64,000 bases of DNA from Octopus bimaculoides (GCF_001194135.2 NC_068987.1:27863380-27927379), one strand, 5' to 3'. Counted from the first letter of the stretch, positions 12,701 through 27,356 are shown. The notes: generated by a model not told the origin, from the letters alone. Program-made: numbers and translations.

Positions 12701-14857
12701 TATATACTTACACATATGTGTCCAAGTATGTATATACTTATGTGTGTAAATACATATGTGCCTGTTTGTGCGTGTATGTTTATGCGTGTCTTACGTTGTA
12801 ATGAAATGCATAGAAAACTAGTTTCAAAACCTATGAGTTTGAACGGTAACAATTCCTTATATTTGGATATTTTAGCTTTTTCACAAAGACAATGGGACTA
12901 ATTAATCAGTTGTGAATTCTTCAACTACATAAAAAGTTACCACATTAATGTCGAATATTTTTTACTCGATGTATTGATTTACTTCTCTATAATTCTAAAG
13001 AATATATGCTGCATTGTTAATCTTGAAATTTACCGGAACATGCTTCTATTCATAGTACTGAAATGCACTTCCCTCTTAACAAAAAAATTTAAAACAATGA
13101 GGAAGCTTTAAAATTATAAGATTAGAAAAATATGAGATGATATAACGTGGAGGACAGTTCAAAGTATAACAAAATTAAGGTTAAAATCCTAACATACATA
13201 TCAATTTCTCTTTATTAATCTTTGGATGGTGGTATTCGGTTCAGTGTTATTGGTTCTAATCTCGTAATTTAATTAAAAAATTAGCTCGGGTGAAAACGTT
13301 TCAATAGAGAAACTGCATTAAAATCTGTAATTGCAGGCAGCATCCTTTATTTATGTTGCAGGTCAGAGCAGATAAATATCAGTTTCTTTTGTTGAGGTAC
13401 AATAGACATCCTTTTTAAGTAAACCAATTATATACTTTGAAATAACTTATTCAGAACACTAATAGGATCCACATTTGGCCAATAAAGCTACACAGCTATC
13501 TAGAACAGTGTGGAATGAATACATTGGATCTATTTCTGTAACTCCACGTTCAGCAGATCACACCACAATTATGATGTACAAAACTGCGCAATAAGTATTG
13601 TAATAAATTAAACCACGCCAGCAAATTGTCCAGAAAGAAAGCAACGGAGAAATCATAATAAAGAAAAACCACCTGTCATGCGAAGGTGGTAACTTGTGAG
13701 AGCAACAACTTTCATTCATTGCATACCTTGGCGTACATATCCAAACATTGAGACATGTAAACACATATTGTAATAATGCTACAACAGAGAATCCTAAAAA
13801 CTGTTTCTCTCACTGAATCAGGACATAACTGACAAAAAAGAAATACATGTATATAATTAAATACATATATGCATATATATATATATANNNNNNNNNNNNN
13901 NNNNNNNNNNNNNNNNNNNNNNNNNNNNNNNNNNNNNNNNNNNNNNNNNNNNNNNNNNNNNNNNNNNNNNNNNNNNNNNNNNNNNNNNNNNNNNNNNNNN
14001 NNNNNNNNNNNNNNNNNNNNNNNNNNNNNNNNNNNNNNNNNNNNNNNNNNNNNNNNNNNNNNNNNNNNNNNNNNNNNNNNNNNNNNNNNNNNNNNNNNNN
14101 NNNNNNNNNNNNNNNNNNNNNNNNNNNNNNNNNNNNNNNNNNNNNNNNNNNNNNNNNNNNNNNNNNNNNNNNNNNNNNNNNNNNNNNNNNNNNNNNNNNN
14201 NNNNNNNNNNNNNNNNNNNNNNNNNNNNNNNNNNNNNNNNNNNNNNNNNNNNNNNNNNNNNNNNNNNNNNNNNNNNNNNNNNNNNNNNNNNNNNNNNNNN
14301 NNNNNNNNNNNNNNNNNNNNNNNNNNNNNNNNNNNNNNATATTAGTTGATTTGCATCTAAATAATTATGATTATCAACTCAGGGTGCACCACATGTTTTT
14401 CTTCGAATTTGTTATGAGCTCTATACACAAAATAGTAAACAACTTAAATAGATAGCCGGACTCAGTTATAGCCAACAGCTTTTCTACAAACGCTGAGATG
14501 AGTGTGCGATAGTGTAACGTTGCCACTTTAATGACGAAACTCACCAAGTGTCACTGGCAGAGCAAAACTATGATGAACACGAGTTTTAAGTTTTAAGAAG
14601 CTTTTGTCTACAGTACTCTCCAAAATAACAGCGAAACACGGAAAATATCTTTCAGAAAAAAGCCTAAGTTAAATGTCTACAACATGAGATACTTACTATA
14701 ACGTTTTGGCAACATGGAAAGACAAGACGATCTCGTAACAGCATTTACAACTATAATTGCAATACTCAAGTGGTGTCGCTTGCAGTGTTAGAGCAATATG
14801 TACGACATGGTGGAGGCTAAATCTCTAGGGATCTGCTGGATGTCGATACATATATAC

Positions 14858-14858
<1 letters not shown>

Positions 14859-14896
<38 letters not shown>
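14859..14896. repeat. (CA)n microsatellite
   Basis: Direct reading. Confidence 0.95.
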
Positions 14897-14898
<2 letters not shown>

Positions 14899-17800
14899 TT
14901 CACTTATGATTAGCGATACTATATATGTGTATGCGCGTGTGTGTGGACGTGTGTGTGTATATGTATGTATAAATCTACGTACACACACATACTAACACAC
15001 GCACACAGACACACATTTACATACACACACAAATACTAGACAGAAACACAAGCAAGTCAATATTCATTTTACAAATTCCTTGTTTTTCACTACTAAAGTG
15101 CTTAATTTAATGCTGATACCAAGAAAGAGTTGAAGATGTTTTACATTTTGGCTTTTATAAATCTATTGGCAACTTCTTTCTTTTATTCGCATAATTTGAA
15201 CACCATTGCTTTTTTTAGAATATATCATTATCTTTAAAATATATTATATTTATAGTTATATGCGTTTTTTCTTTTGTGTTTTCTATAACGTCTGATCTTT
15301 TCCTTTCTTAAAAGTATTTTAACTACTTTCCGTCATTTCTCAAAATTCTTTACATCACACATTATATTTACAATATTCACCAAATGCCAGTTATGATGCC
15401 AGATTCACAAACTAATCGAATGCATGAAAATATGATGAAATGTTGTTACAGAGTATTAGTAGCATATTCTTTATATGCAGAATAATTGTACTCAGTGAAG
15501 AGAAACCATTGATCGGGTAAACAAAAGAACAAGAGAGAGAGAAATAAAACCAAAGACAATCTTCAGATTTCGGAGATAAAGAGCTTTTATTACTGGATTA
15601 ATGTTATGATCAGTTTTGTTAAATGTTGACTTCGCATACTTTAAAGAGTTATTTGCATTGAAGCCCTCTTTTTTTTTTTTTGTCTTGTTTCAAAAACAAA
15701 TTTCGAAAATAGTAATGAGATATATCAAGACGTGTACTTTAGAGAATATTGAAAATATTTTCATTACAAAAATCCTTTCACACCTTGTCTCCATAGTTCT
15801 AGAATGTAACGAACGCAAATATGTACGATTTTACACAAATACAGAGTGAGTAACGAAAATCTCAAAGGTTTCATCGATGAATATTGATTTTATTTTGAAG
15901 CTACGATTCATCTATACCTTGCAGAATATAGAATTGTGCACATGTCCTCTAATTCGTTTCCAACTATGGATGCTTATATTATCAGTTCTATATACTCGGC
16001 GTATTCGTGTTAGAGTACAGACATAAATGTTATTTTCTGTTATATACAAAATAATATATAGGGTGTATGTATTATTGCATTATATACACAGTGTATATAT
16101 TGCAATAAATGTATAAAAAATCTAGGTGAACAGTTTTAACGCTAAATGCTCGTATCATAAATATTTTAATATATCACTGTAAATCTGAAAAAGGTATTAG
16201 AAAATAACTTTTATTAAAAATTAATCCTAGTTACATCGTTGACATACGATAGATCATACGCAACACGCAATATTTCTCTAATACATACTATTTAGACTCA
16301 TACACACACTTCCCAAACAACGCATGTACTCAACCACATTACATACATCATCAAGTAGTTTTTCCAAGGAAACATTGCACCTGAATAATACATATGCTGA
16401 CACAGAAGTACCAAAAGAAATCCTACCACATAGATATTCACATACTAACGCTCCACCACACATTTCATGCAACTGAACACACGTCTGCACAACATATATG
16501 ACAGTCCCAATACTACAACCTCCTCCTATATTGAAACCAACGCTGACAAACATGATTAGTTTTCTCATAAATTATGCTAATCATAGCTAAGAAAAATAAC
16601 TTAAATTGGCCAGTGCATAGACAAATACAAGTATTTTAAATAACAAATTACAAATTCTTCATTTACTAAACTTTTTCTCCGGCTCTAGCAGATATATTAT
16701 ATTACCAAATGGCATTTAAAACCAGATTCATTTCAGAAGGAACGATATTCCCAAGAATCAAGAATTATTCTAAGTTAACATACCACTAAGAGATAGGGCA
16801 GGTGTATAATCTAGAGATAAGAGGACAGTCGTGGATCATTGTTTCTGGCTCAATAGCCGCTCTCAGCTGTTCTACTTGTAGGTGGCACATATACGTATTG
16901 TACCACAGTCTGTATAATCAACGTACCCAACCCACAAATATGTATACACATATATGCTCGCATATTAATGCTTGAATAACTTTAGTGAGCAATACTAATT
17001 CGTACTGCGCCCATAGTGACACATTATCCGAGCCGTCATACTTAATGTACATGCTGCTGAGAGATTTTCAAATTTAGCAGAGAATAGAATACAGTTCATT
17101 GTGATACTTATTTCGGTCCTTCCCACTTGTCCACAATGTGTAACATCTTAGATGTTCGGCTGAGTAAAACATTGGAAGAGCATGATGGAGTCCGCATTTT
17201 CTCGCGACTAACAGGACACGTTATACAAATTGTAATGGCTTTGTCACAAGTAAAACCATACCGCCCGCATTGCAAGTGGCAGCCGTGAAATATAAAATAT
17301 ATATATAAGTGTGTGTATGTGTATGTGTGTGTGTGCTTGTGTCTGAATGTATTAGCGTATGTGTGCGTGAATATGAATTTATGAATGTATGTGTGCTGTC
17401 AGTCATTAAGATCATGTTTATCATAGCTATGAGTTGTTTTGACTCCTATTTCTAACGATTCTAATGCTGTCTAGCGCCCTTAGTCACTTTAGTGACGTAC
17501 ATGTTTTTGGCCTTTTGGTTGAAAAATTTCTAAGAAGCCACTCTTATTTTATATATATATATATATATNNNNNNNNNNNNNNNNNNNNNNNNNNNNNNNN
17601 NNNNNNNNNNNNNNNNNNNNNNNNNNNNNNNNNNNNNNNNNNNNNNNNNNNNNNNNNNNNNNNNNNNNNNNNNNNNNNNNNNNNNNNNNNNNNNNNNNNN
17701 NNNNNNNNNNNNNNNNNNNNNNNNNNNNNNNNNNNNNNNNNNNNNNNNNNNNNNNNNNNNNNNNNNNNNNNNNNNNNNNNNNNNNNNNNNNNNNNNNNNN

Positions 17801-18995
17801 NNNNNNNNNNNNNNNNNNNNNNNNNNNNNNNNNNNNNNNNNNNNNNNNNNNNNNNNNNNNNNNNNNNNNNNNNNNNNNNNNNNNNNNNNNNNNNNNNNNN
17901 NNNNNNNNNNNNNNNNNNNNNNNNNNNNNNNNNNNNNNNNNNNNNNNNNNNNNNNNNNNNNNNNNNNNNNNNNNNNNNNNNNNNNNNNNNNNNNNNNNNN
18001 NNNNNNNNNNNNNNNNNNNNNNNNNNNNNNNNNNNNNNNNNNNNNNNNNNNNNNNNNNNNNNNNNNNNNNNNNNNNNNNNNNNNNNNNNNNNNTAATTTA
18101 AATAAACATATAACTCAACACAGCTTCTATTCCTGTTAACAGTGAACTTATAAAACTTGCAGTCTACCATGACAGCTAAAATTGGATTTTCTGAAACGAT
18201 TTGGCAATGTTTTGACTTTGGAAGTTTTAGTGATAAATAATGTTACGTAAACATTTTGTGAACTGACTTACATGGTATTCAAAGGGGATATATGTAGCTA
18301 ACAACCAAGTTAGATTACATAAACAAAAATAAGGAAATGTAAAATTGTGATTACAATATTTTCGGGAATGAAAGACGCAAAATATCAAACATTATTTCAG
18401 CCACGTGTAAACACTGGCGCTTAGAAATTCGTTTAACATTTTACCACATCTACGCTGTGCGTTCCGTTATGAAATTTAACTACACATGGATTACATAGTA
18501 AATTCAGCGGTAACATGCATACAAGCTATATAATAATATAAGTGATAATCAATTTTGCTTCCAGTACACAATGCAAACACCAATTTCGTTTCAAAGGTGG
18601 CCTATTTGAATACGTCTCATGCATATGTATTCAAGATCGGGATTTTCTTAGGCAGTCTTACATAAATATATTTTCTATATTACCTAGTTCAATATCTATG
18701 TTGGATAATTTATACACCAAAGTGGAATGCTAGAAACATTTGTATGTAATTTCAGTTTTGTCTCTCTTATTTGTATATTTGAATATGCACCTTTGTTGTT
18801 TTAAAACATGTAAGATATTTTATTTGTATTAGCCACACACGAGGCATATTAAGTCACATTCAGAAAAGAAAGATAAGCATTCTTACACATTCGTTATGCT
18901 GTTTCTATGTTTGGATTTTAAATCATCATGCAATCCTAGCAAATATGGCATTGACATAATGATTTTCCCCAATATATAATTATATAAAAATTTTA

Positions 18996-19108
<113 letters not shown>

Positions 19109-19180
19109 CACATTACTGTTCAATGTTTTTGGGTGTTCTTTTTCGGATATATGAAATAATGACTAGTTATATATTGTCAA

Positions 19181-19428
19181 GACTCGTAGCTTTGTGGTTA
19201 GACTGCCACCCTCACGATCGCTACGTCATGTGTTCGATTTCCAAACCGGGCAGGGTTCATTTCACGTTACTCCAATCTAATTTCCGATTATAGTGTGAGA
19301 GGGGACGATGGCCCGCTCGCCTAGCCAGAGTGGCAGCGTCATTCCGCGGCTAAAGCGATTCAGAGTGCATTGTGACCAACAATGTGTAATAACATCTGAT
19401 AGTTTGGGCATCACGTGGTGCGGTGATA
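19181..19428 (+). mobile_element. tRNA-derived SINE family D (degenerate)
   Basis: tRNA-like head with an A-box-like TTGTGGTTAG and a B-box-like GTGTTCGATTTCC, followed by a GC-richer body ending CATTGTGACC..ATGTGTAATAACATCTGATAG. Single copy in the window, so the family call rests on the box motifs and memory. Confidence 0.5.
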
Positions 19429-19537
19429 TACTTATATATGTATGTGTGTGTCTGGTGTGGTGTGTGTGTGTGTGGTTGTGTGTATACGTGCGTATATGCA
19501 ACCTTCCCTGTATTTACATATTATACAAAACTGTGTT

Positions 19538-19538
<1 letters not shown>

Positions 19539-19572
<34 letters not shown>

Positions 19573-19618
19573 TAAGATTTTTGTACAATAGGAGGCAAAT
19601 AAGTACATACACAAACAA

Positions 19619-19685
<67 letters not shown>
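19539..19685. repeat. (GATA)n (19539-19572) and (TA)n (19621-19684) microsatellites
   Basis: Direct reading. Confidence 0.95.
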
Positions 19686-19687
<2 letters not shown>

Positions 19688-19894
19688 TGTATGTACACAC
19701 ATACATAAAATATGTTTATATATAAAATGTACATGTATACATATCCATAAGCATATATATATAAAGTAACATATAAGAATATATTTTCACTCAAACACAC
19801 ACACACACACACATAAACACACATAAACGCACACACGCGCGCATATATGTAAATATATATGCATAAATATATAAATATTGATGTCGTAGTTCAT

Positions 19895-20010
19895 TTTCTT
19901 TTATTCTTTCACTTGTTTCAGTCATTTGACTGCAGCCACGCTGGAGCACCGCCTTTAGTCGAAGAAATCGAACCCAGGACTTATTTTATCGATCATTTTT
20001 GCCAAACACA
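19895..20010 (-). mobile_element. SINE family A, tail fragment
   Basis: TTGTTTCAGTCATTTGACTGCAGCCACGCTGGAGCACCGCCTTTAGTCGAAGAAATCGA matches 4024-4080. Confidence 0.75.
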
Positions 20011-20180
20011 GACATACATACATACATATCTGGAGAAGCTACAAGAATAGATGCAATCGCTAATTCATAAAAACACGTGAGTTATTAATAAAAATCTGTA
20101 AATGTACAACCATCCATATATCTGAGTACTTTATTTTTTCTAATATATAATTCTTCTAATATATATATATATATATATAC

Positions 20181-20340
20181 CATGGGCTTATTTTCAATTG
20201 CCATCTACCAAGTCCACTCACAATGGTTTGGTCAACCCGAAGCAATAGTAGATGACACTTGCCTAAGATGCCACGCAGTTGGACCGGAACCGGAACTGTG
20301 TGGTTGGGAAGCAAGCTTCTTACCACACAATCGCGCCTAT
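20181..20340 (-). mobile_element. SINE family A, head
   Basis: The reverse complement reads GGCGCGATTGTGTGGTAAGAAGCTTGCTTCCCAACCACACAGTTCCGGTTCC...CTTAGGCAAGTG, matching 32665-32800. Confidence 0.75.
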
Positions 20341-21480
20341 TCCAGGGCCAACTTATTCTGAAGTTTCCTTGTCGCATACTCACTTCCTCAAACATGTCAA
20401 AGTAGACGGTGTGAAAAAACGTCATCATCCTATGGAGGAAGTTGGTGAGACAAAACATGGAACGATAAAATTGGGAATGAAAATTCCTCAAAATACAAAT
20501 TCCCCTGGTTTGGTCTACAGTGAGCGTTTTGCTGTGTTCTGTCGGAGGAAGTGGAAGAAGTAAAGAAAAAAAGAAGGCGAGATAAAGGAGTAAGGCAGAA
20601 ATGAAAATGTTAAAACGTGGAAGAAACAGCAAAGAGAAAAAGAGAGCGAGGAAACTAATAATAAAAAAAATGCAGATGTGTAGAAACACGTATAGACACA
20701 CACACACACACGAAACCAAAACCGCGCACGCTCGAAGGTAATTGTAGACGCTTCAGAAGATAGGAGACCATCCATATACTGACTACACGCGAGAAACCGT
20801 ATGTACATACACATAGGCAAAGGTACTCACAAACAAATACAAACACTCTCGTGCAATACTCGTCAGTATACGCATACACAGCCACGTACTAACCTACAGG
20901 CATACGTACACACAAGTAACGTCACATCTTTATATTCAGACACACGCCATTACTAAATCCTGTTAGTGTTGTCAAGAGATTGTTGAAGGAGACAGAATGC
21001 TGATATATGATAAATGAAAAGCCAAAAAGAGGTACAGTTCTATCGAATAAAAACAGCATAAAAATATAGAATAAAACGATGTTAAAGATCGTGCGTCAGA
21101 ATGAAGTGATTACAAGGCTAAAAAAATAAAGACAATAAACGATTGTTGCAGTAATCATGATGATAATAAAATGGAATGTCAGCAGCCAAAATAGTAATCA
21201 GAATTGTTTCAAATATTGGCACAAAGTAAGATGTTTTAGAGGGAAGGATTAAGTCGATTACACTGATCCCTGCACATGACTGGTACTTTCGTTTATCAAA
21301 CGCGAATGAATGAAAGGAAAACTAAAAATCGAAAGTATTTGAAATCAGAACGTAAATGGCCGGAAGAAAAATCGCTAAACATTTTACTCGATGTGCTAAT
21401 GATTCTGCCAGCTCACTGCCTTATAAAAATAATTTCTGATTTAGACAAATGGCAAGCAATTTTAGAGGGAACGTGTTAGG

Positions 21481-21631
21481 CCATTATATCGATCCCAATG
21501 CTTTACTGGTACTTTACTCTATCGACCCTGAAAGAATGAAAGGTAAAGTTGAACATGACGGGATTTCAACTCAGAAAGTAGATAGTCGGAAGAAATACTG
21601 CAAAATCTTTTGACGCTCTAACGATCTTACC
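21481..21631 (-). mobile_element. SINE family C copy (degenerate)
   Basis: ATATCGATCCCA..ACTGGTACTT..ATCGACCCTGAAAGAATGAAAGGTAAAGTTGA...AACTCAGAA. Confidence 0.6.
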
Positions 21632-21899
21632 AATCCACAAATCTATAGTATTGATGTTAATTTTTATTACTTACAAGATGTTGGTCACATTACAAGATCG
21701 AAATACCAAAACAGCAGGGGTTTTACAGCAAGTAAGAAAATATTCATGGAAGCAACATAAACAAGACAACGCACAATAAAAAATGTCATCACGAATGAAT
21801 TTGCAATAGCGTGGCACAATCTCCGAGTGCAATTCGAAAGCACTCACGCGAAGTCTCAGTAACTCTGATACATCAAAAGCAAGTGTGTCCATTTTCTAC

Positions 21900-22420
21900 C
21901 TGTTTGTAGTTGCATAATCCCATTTAGCCTCGGTAATATCGCCAGTCTCATGCATTTTTTTAATAGCATATACTGGATGGTAGCGCTTTTTTTCTACTTA
22001 TTCCATCCAGCAAGTGGCAATTGAAGAATTTGAGGGCTTACCTAGAGAATTCAAATCTTATCTGAAAACATTTCTCCTGCGTTCACGCACAACTTCATTC
22101 GAAGTATATGTCGAGCAGAGTGCGACAAGCCAACATTTCTTTCAAAAGATTCCTGTAGATCGATTCTTTCAGCAATCCTATACCTGTGTATTTTGTCCTG
22201 AACGTTCAATCTCTCTTCCACAGCAATACTGACAAACAGCCTATCCAACGAGTTTTTGTAACTGTCCATATTCCAGTTAATGTCCTTCAAAAGTGATTTC
22301 TCAAACTGTCTTAATCGTCACGTAAAGTCGTTCCTAGGCCATCGGCTATCGACTCCTATTACCTCCTCGAAATCTCTTTGGAATGCTAGAACCGAATTTC
22401 CGTTGAACATATTTCCACCA
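21900..22420 (-). mobile_element. Fossil coding region, possibly the N-terminal HTH of an IS630-Tc1-mariner transposase
   Basis: One minus frame is nearly open: MFNGNSVLAFQRDFEEVIG...*RLRQFEKS...VEERLNVQDKI...ERNVGLSHSARHILRMKL. It resembles NG.SV...QR.F..., KFE.TGS and LGLS.S.VH.IL...L of Tc1-type transposases. No DDE domain or TIR was found. Confidence 0.3.
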
Positions 22421-22714
22421 AGCAGAATGGAATGAGCGCTCGACAACATTCTGGATACCAAACACTGAACCTCTATCACTGCCTCATCTAGAACCGTATC
22501 ACAGTTAAAGTGATGAGTTGTAAAACAAAACGTGTTGTATGGAAAGCAACAAACCCCTAAACTTGTACAGTCGTTCCAAACTGTGTAGACAGCGCAGCTA
22601 AATCGAGATAGACGTTATTCTTCTTTCGAGGCAGAAAACCTTGTGAATTTTTCGAATCATGATAACGATTATAAGGAATTCTAACGGCACTTGTATTATA
22701 TTACAGAAAGAATT

Positions 22715-22800
22715 ATCGATTCTGTTGAACTTGACTGGTACTTATTTTATCGACCTCGAATGGGTAGAAAAGCTAACTGGACGTCGCTAGAATTTGAATT
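22715..22800 (-). mobile_element. SINE family C fragment
   Basis: ACTGGTACTTATTTTATCGACCTCGAA...GAATTTGAA. Confidence 0.5.
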
Positions 22801-25319
22801 GATATGTTAAAAGAGGAAGTTACGTACATAGATAACGAGAAGCGTTCCTTTACATTGGTTTGCTTTGAAACTAGTTTACAAACTATACACTTCTACACAC
22901 GTTTGTTTTCTGGAAACGCGCATAACTGACACCGGATATACACAGAGATGCATACATTCTGTTAGCTTTGTAGTAGATCTACATCTCATCCTGACAGCTC
23001 TAAAGGACATAAATCAGCTTCATACACGCCATTGAAAACAGACATTGAAAATTTCACTATATAGTAGAGAAGAAAAAATTACTTCACTGCAGAGCTTGAC
23101 AAACTTAACGGTTGAAAAATTATTTCTTATAATTTAGTATCTTAAACACCCACAAAATTACGATACGTAATGAATTTATTCTACCTGTGTAAACCAGAAA
23201 AGTGGTAACAACTGCAATAACTATGATATCCTAAATCGTATATTTGAAGCAAGCAACACATCTTTAATCCTTCTCTGTTATATCTAGAAGTGATATTTTT
23301 TCACTGTGTAATGTGAATAGTGATGTAATATATCGCATACAAATGAAATAGGAATTAATATCAGATGATTGGTATGGAATCCTTAAAAGTGAATAACTGC
23401 CTAAATACATTAAAAAGCGTTGATTTAGGGGAAAATGATAATAACAAAATTACACATTCGAAAATAATCCCCAAGAATTATATACAATGATACGTGGTAA
23501 CAACGAAGCATGAGATAGAAAGCCAACGAAAGAACTAGAGGCAATTTCGAAAGCAAAAGAAATTGAAAAACATGCTCTATACAATGAGCTTGAGAAATGA
23601 GAAAAACCTAAAATAGATATCTAGAAATAACACCAGCAATGCTGAGATCTCATTATGCCTAACCACGCTTTACAACGCATACCCGGTTGTCTAAAAAAAA
23701 TGTGACCTAGAAATTGTAATGCATGTTACTGCAAATTACTGGTTCATTACTTGCTTGGTTGTCATCTATAAAAGTCCTAAATATCATATTCTTGCGTGTA
23801 TATGTGTGCGCGCGTATGAGTGTGTGTACGCACCCTCGTGTGTGCATGTATGTGTGTGTGTGTATGTGTGTTTGTTTGTGTGTACGCACGTGCTCGTGCG
23901 TGTGCGATAAAAAGGATCTCTTGAAAATTTCTATGAAAAGAATTTGAAAGTTCGCATCAATCAACAACATAGTGTTAGATACAAAACAGAACTAATATTT
24001 CTTGAACTGATTAATGTTAGAAAGAATTTCTAATCATTCCTCACCATTGGCTTGTGACAATGCTGAAAGTCTACCTATTAATAATGAATTAGGAAGCTTC
24101 TTCAAACCAACACTAACAACACATAATTCCGACTCTAATAAGTGTCATCTTTAATTGAATCAAAGACACACGAACATTTCAGTGGTAACAGTTACCATTA
24201 AATTAAAAGTATTATCAGTAAATTGGTCCCCTATGTACATGCATCTCGGAACTAAATCCTATAAAAGCTCTACAAAATAAGTGGCCAGTATTTTTGCTCA
24301 CAGTAGACAGCTCTTTTATGTTTCGAAGAATATCATATCGTCGTGTATATTCGTTTGCACAGCGATCACGTTATAGTCGTATATTTGCTGTAGGCTAAGT
24401 AACGTTAACTTTGAGAAATGGGTGGTCAATTAAAACACACACAGGGAGGCCAAAAACACATGCTAGGACACTGTATTAGAACATGCATATGTAAACTAGT
24501 ATACTTTCTTTTTTAGTGTGGTGGAACATATCACATCATCGATTTGAACACCACCTCTTGCCACATGAATGTCATTTACTAAGTTTGCTCTATTGCAATT
24601 TTCTCGTGCAAATTTCCTCCTGCTAAATTTAAAATGAGCCCATAAAACATGAATTATCCTATTCTTCCTTAAAAGCAACCCTAAACAAGGCGTTAATTTT
24701 CCTATGTCTTCATTTAACATGTATGACTAATCTAGAACCCATAAAAGAACCTTTATTAACACTCAAACATCACTTTCTGTATCGCTCTAAGACACGTTTC
24801 TCTACACTTATCCATACTTCGTTTCTGTTCAACGTTAAAACATTGCTTCGAAATATTGTAGGCACACACATGTAGATTGCATTGTCGCTAGAATATACCT
24901 CATCCACCTATATATCAGCAACGAATATTTTCACTTATTCAGGCACTCTCCGTCATTCCTCTANNNNNNNNNNNNNNNNNNNNNNNNNNNNNNNNNNNNN
25001 NNNNNNNNNNNNNNNNNNNNNNNNNNNNNNNNNNNNNNNNNNNNNNNNNNNNNNNNNNNNNNNNNNNNNNNNNNNNNNNNNNNNNNNNNNNNNNNNNNNN
25101 NNNNNNNNNNNNNNNNNNNNNNNNNNNNNATATATATATATATATAACGCTCTAAGAACCCCTAGAAACCCCAACAGCTCTATTTGAAAACATCTTTCTC
25201 ACATTACTCCTCTCTACGCTCAAACTTTTCTTGGCTCTCATTCAAGACATTAATACAAACAGTGCAAAAACCGACTGTTTTATAAACCCCAACTCTGTAA
25301 ATCAACTAATTTCATTCCT

Positions 25320-25830
25320 TGGGTATATTCTTCGCCGGTACATACACAGGTACTTCAAAAAATCCTGAGCACTTTTTCACGTCCAAGCTAAACCTCTACG
25401 AGACAACAACTGTCTCTATATACATTGGGTTACGTGACTACTGCTGTATCGAGACTACCCACGGCATATCTATATATTTCACAACTGCTACCCTGTATCA
25501 TTTCAAACCACTGGGGTGGAAGGCGCTCCAACAGTTTTATACTACCTATCTCTCACTATATTCTTTTCACTCGCCTTCGGGCTCATACTGACCCCTTCTT
25601 CCAGTTCTTCTTTCCTAGAACATGAACCTTCAAAACTACCATCTCGTATGTTTTTTTTTTCCCTCGCAGGCATCAAATTTCAACAACTCAAGAGGAACCT
25701 TAACAGCATCGACCGCGCTAGCTGATCTCGGAAGGCCTGCAAAATAACAGGCGAAGTGCCTTTCTCTGGACTCAAACATCGAAAAAGCATTCGGTACAAA
25801 ACATCCTAATATTGGCATGGATCACTTGAA
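25320..25830 (+). mobile_element. Degenerate non-LTR reverse transcriptase fragment
   Basis: Translations PLGWKA..., SPSGSY*PLL..LLS and AFL..NIEKAF resemble the RT motifs P..WK.A, P.SYRPISLLS and FLDIEKAFD. Multiple frameshifts are needed to join them. Confidence 0.35.
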
Positions 25831-26650
25831 ATTCAGCCGACCTTGAGACATGATGTTTAGTAGTATACAGCGGTAGAAAATAATATGTAGGAGTTTTACC
25901 GTAAATTAAGATTAATGTTTCGTGTAAGTCATGTGCATTCTACACTATTTTGCATTGGAAGTTACGTCAGACTTAAATATTTACAGGAAAGGCATAATGC
26001 TAACAAAACTGTACCACAAAGGTTTAAGTGAATCGCCAATATATTTCATTGCGATCCTCATTTTCAACGCGATATATCACGCAGAGTGACAAACATGTGA
26101 ATTAGTCTATGACAAAACAGCTTGGCATTTTGATTTGCTCTCAGTTTTCAAACCAAGTGTGCTTCCCCATAGTTCAAACTTAAACACCGCAAGAGACATC
26201 ACCATTAGCATCATTAGCTATTGTTGTTGCTTCCGGTGTTTTTAGATATGCACTTTGGTTTGTTGCTAACAAATCAAAAGTATCATTACGTTTTTTATGT
26301 ACATTGCTTGGATATGTGAAATACAAGTATACTTTTTCATTCTTTTTTTTTTTTTTTACGTATTTCATTTATTCTTCATGTTACGTTGACGTTCACATTT
26401 TTAAGGAGCATTTTTTTTCTTTTCAGAAAAGCAGCCTAACAAACAAATAAAATCATATCCAAAAAATGACAGATCTCAATATACGCAATATATAGGTAGA
26501 CAACAATTTCCAAGAGTTGAAAATTATCCTCAGAAGAATATTTTTCTTTAGCTGTAAAGTCAAAGAGGCTAAAAGTGTCGGATAAGTTTGTAACACAGCC
26601 AGACACAGCAAGCATAACGATGACAACGTCACTAAAACAACAACGGCTAC

Positions 26651-26651
<1 letters not shown>

Positions 26652-26687
<36 letters not shown>

Positions 26688-26826
26688 CGATGCTTCAACT
26701 ATTAACACTACTTACTACTACAGCTACAATAAGGACAAATGATATTACAGAAGAAGAAGAAGAAGAAGAGGAAGAAAAAGAAGAGGAAGAAGAAGAAGAA
26801 GAAAAGTAGAAGAAGAAGAAGAAGAA
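26652..26826. repeat. (TAC)n/(CAC)n (26652-26688) and (GAA)n-rich (26750-26826) triplet repeats
   Basis: Direct reading. Confidence 0.9.
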
Positions 26827-27320
26827 TTCCTATACTTTTAGTCAGAAATAACCACAATACAATAGATTAATGAGTTGTAATGAATAACACAAACTGCAGC
26901 TGCTTGTTTGTGATGATATTTAGCATACGTCTAGAGTTGTTGGATAGAATGATACGATGATAATCAGATAGATGCTTGCTGCAGGTAAACAAATGATGAA
27001 ACGTTGCGCATGATAAAGCAAATGGAAATAGCGGAGGCAGCAATATATAAGATGTATCAAGTTAACAAAATGAAAAGATTGTGTGCCATAGTGCTAATGG
27101 TTCAGAACAACTTGGAAGAATGAGATCAGAAAAAGTAGTGTTCCGTTAAAAAGAAACCAGAAATTGTATATTTACTTTAGAAGCTGAAGAAATGCTCGGT
27201 GCAATGGTTGTGCGAGTGAATGGAAAATTATGCATAAGTCATTGAGGTAAAAGTGTTAAGTTTCAGAAACAGATATTATCATATATATACATACAAACAA
27301 ACATACATACATATATACAC

Positions 27321-27356
<36 letters not shown>

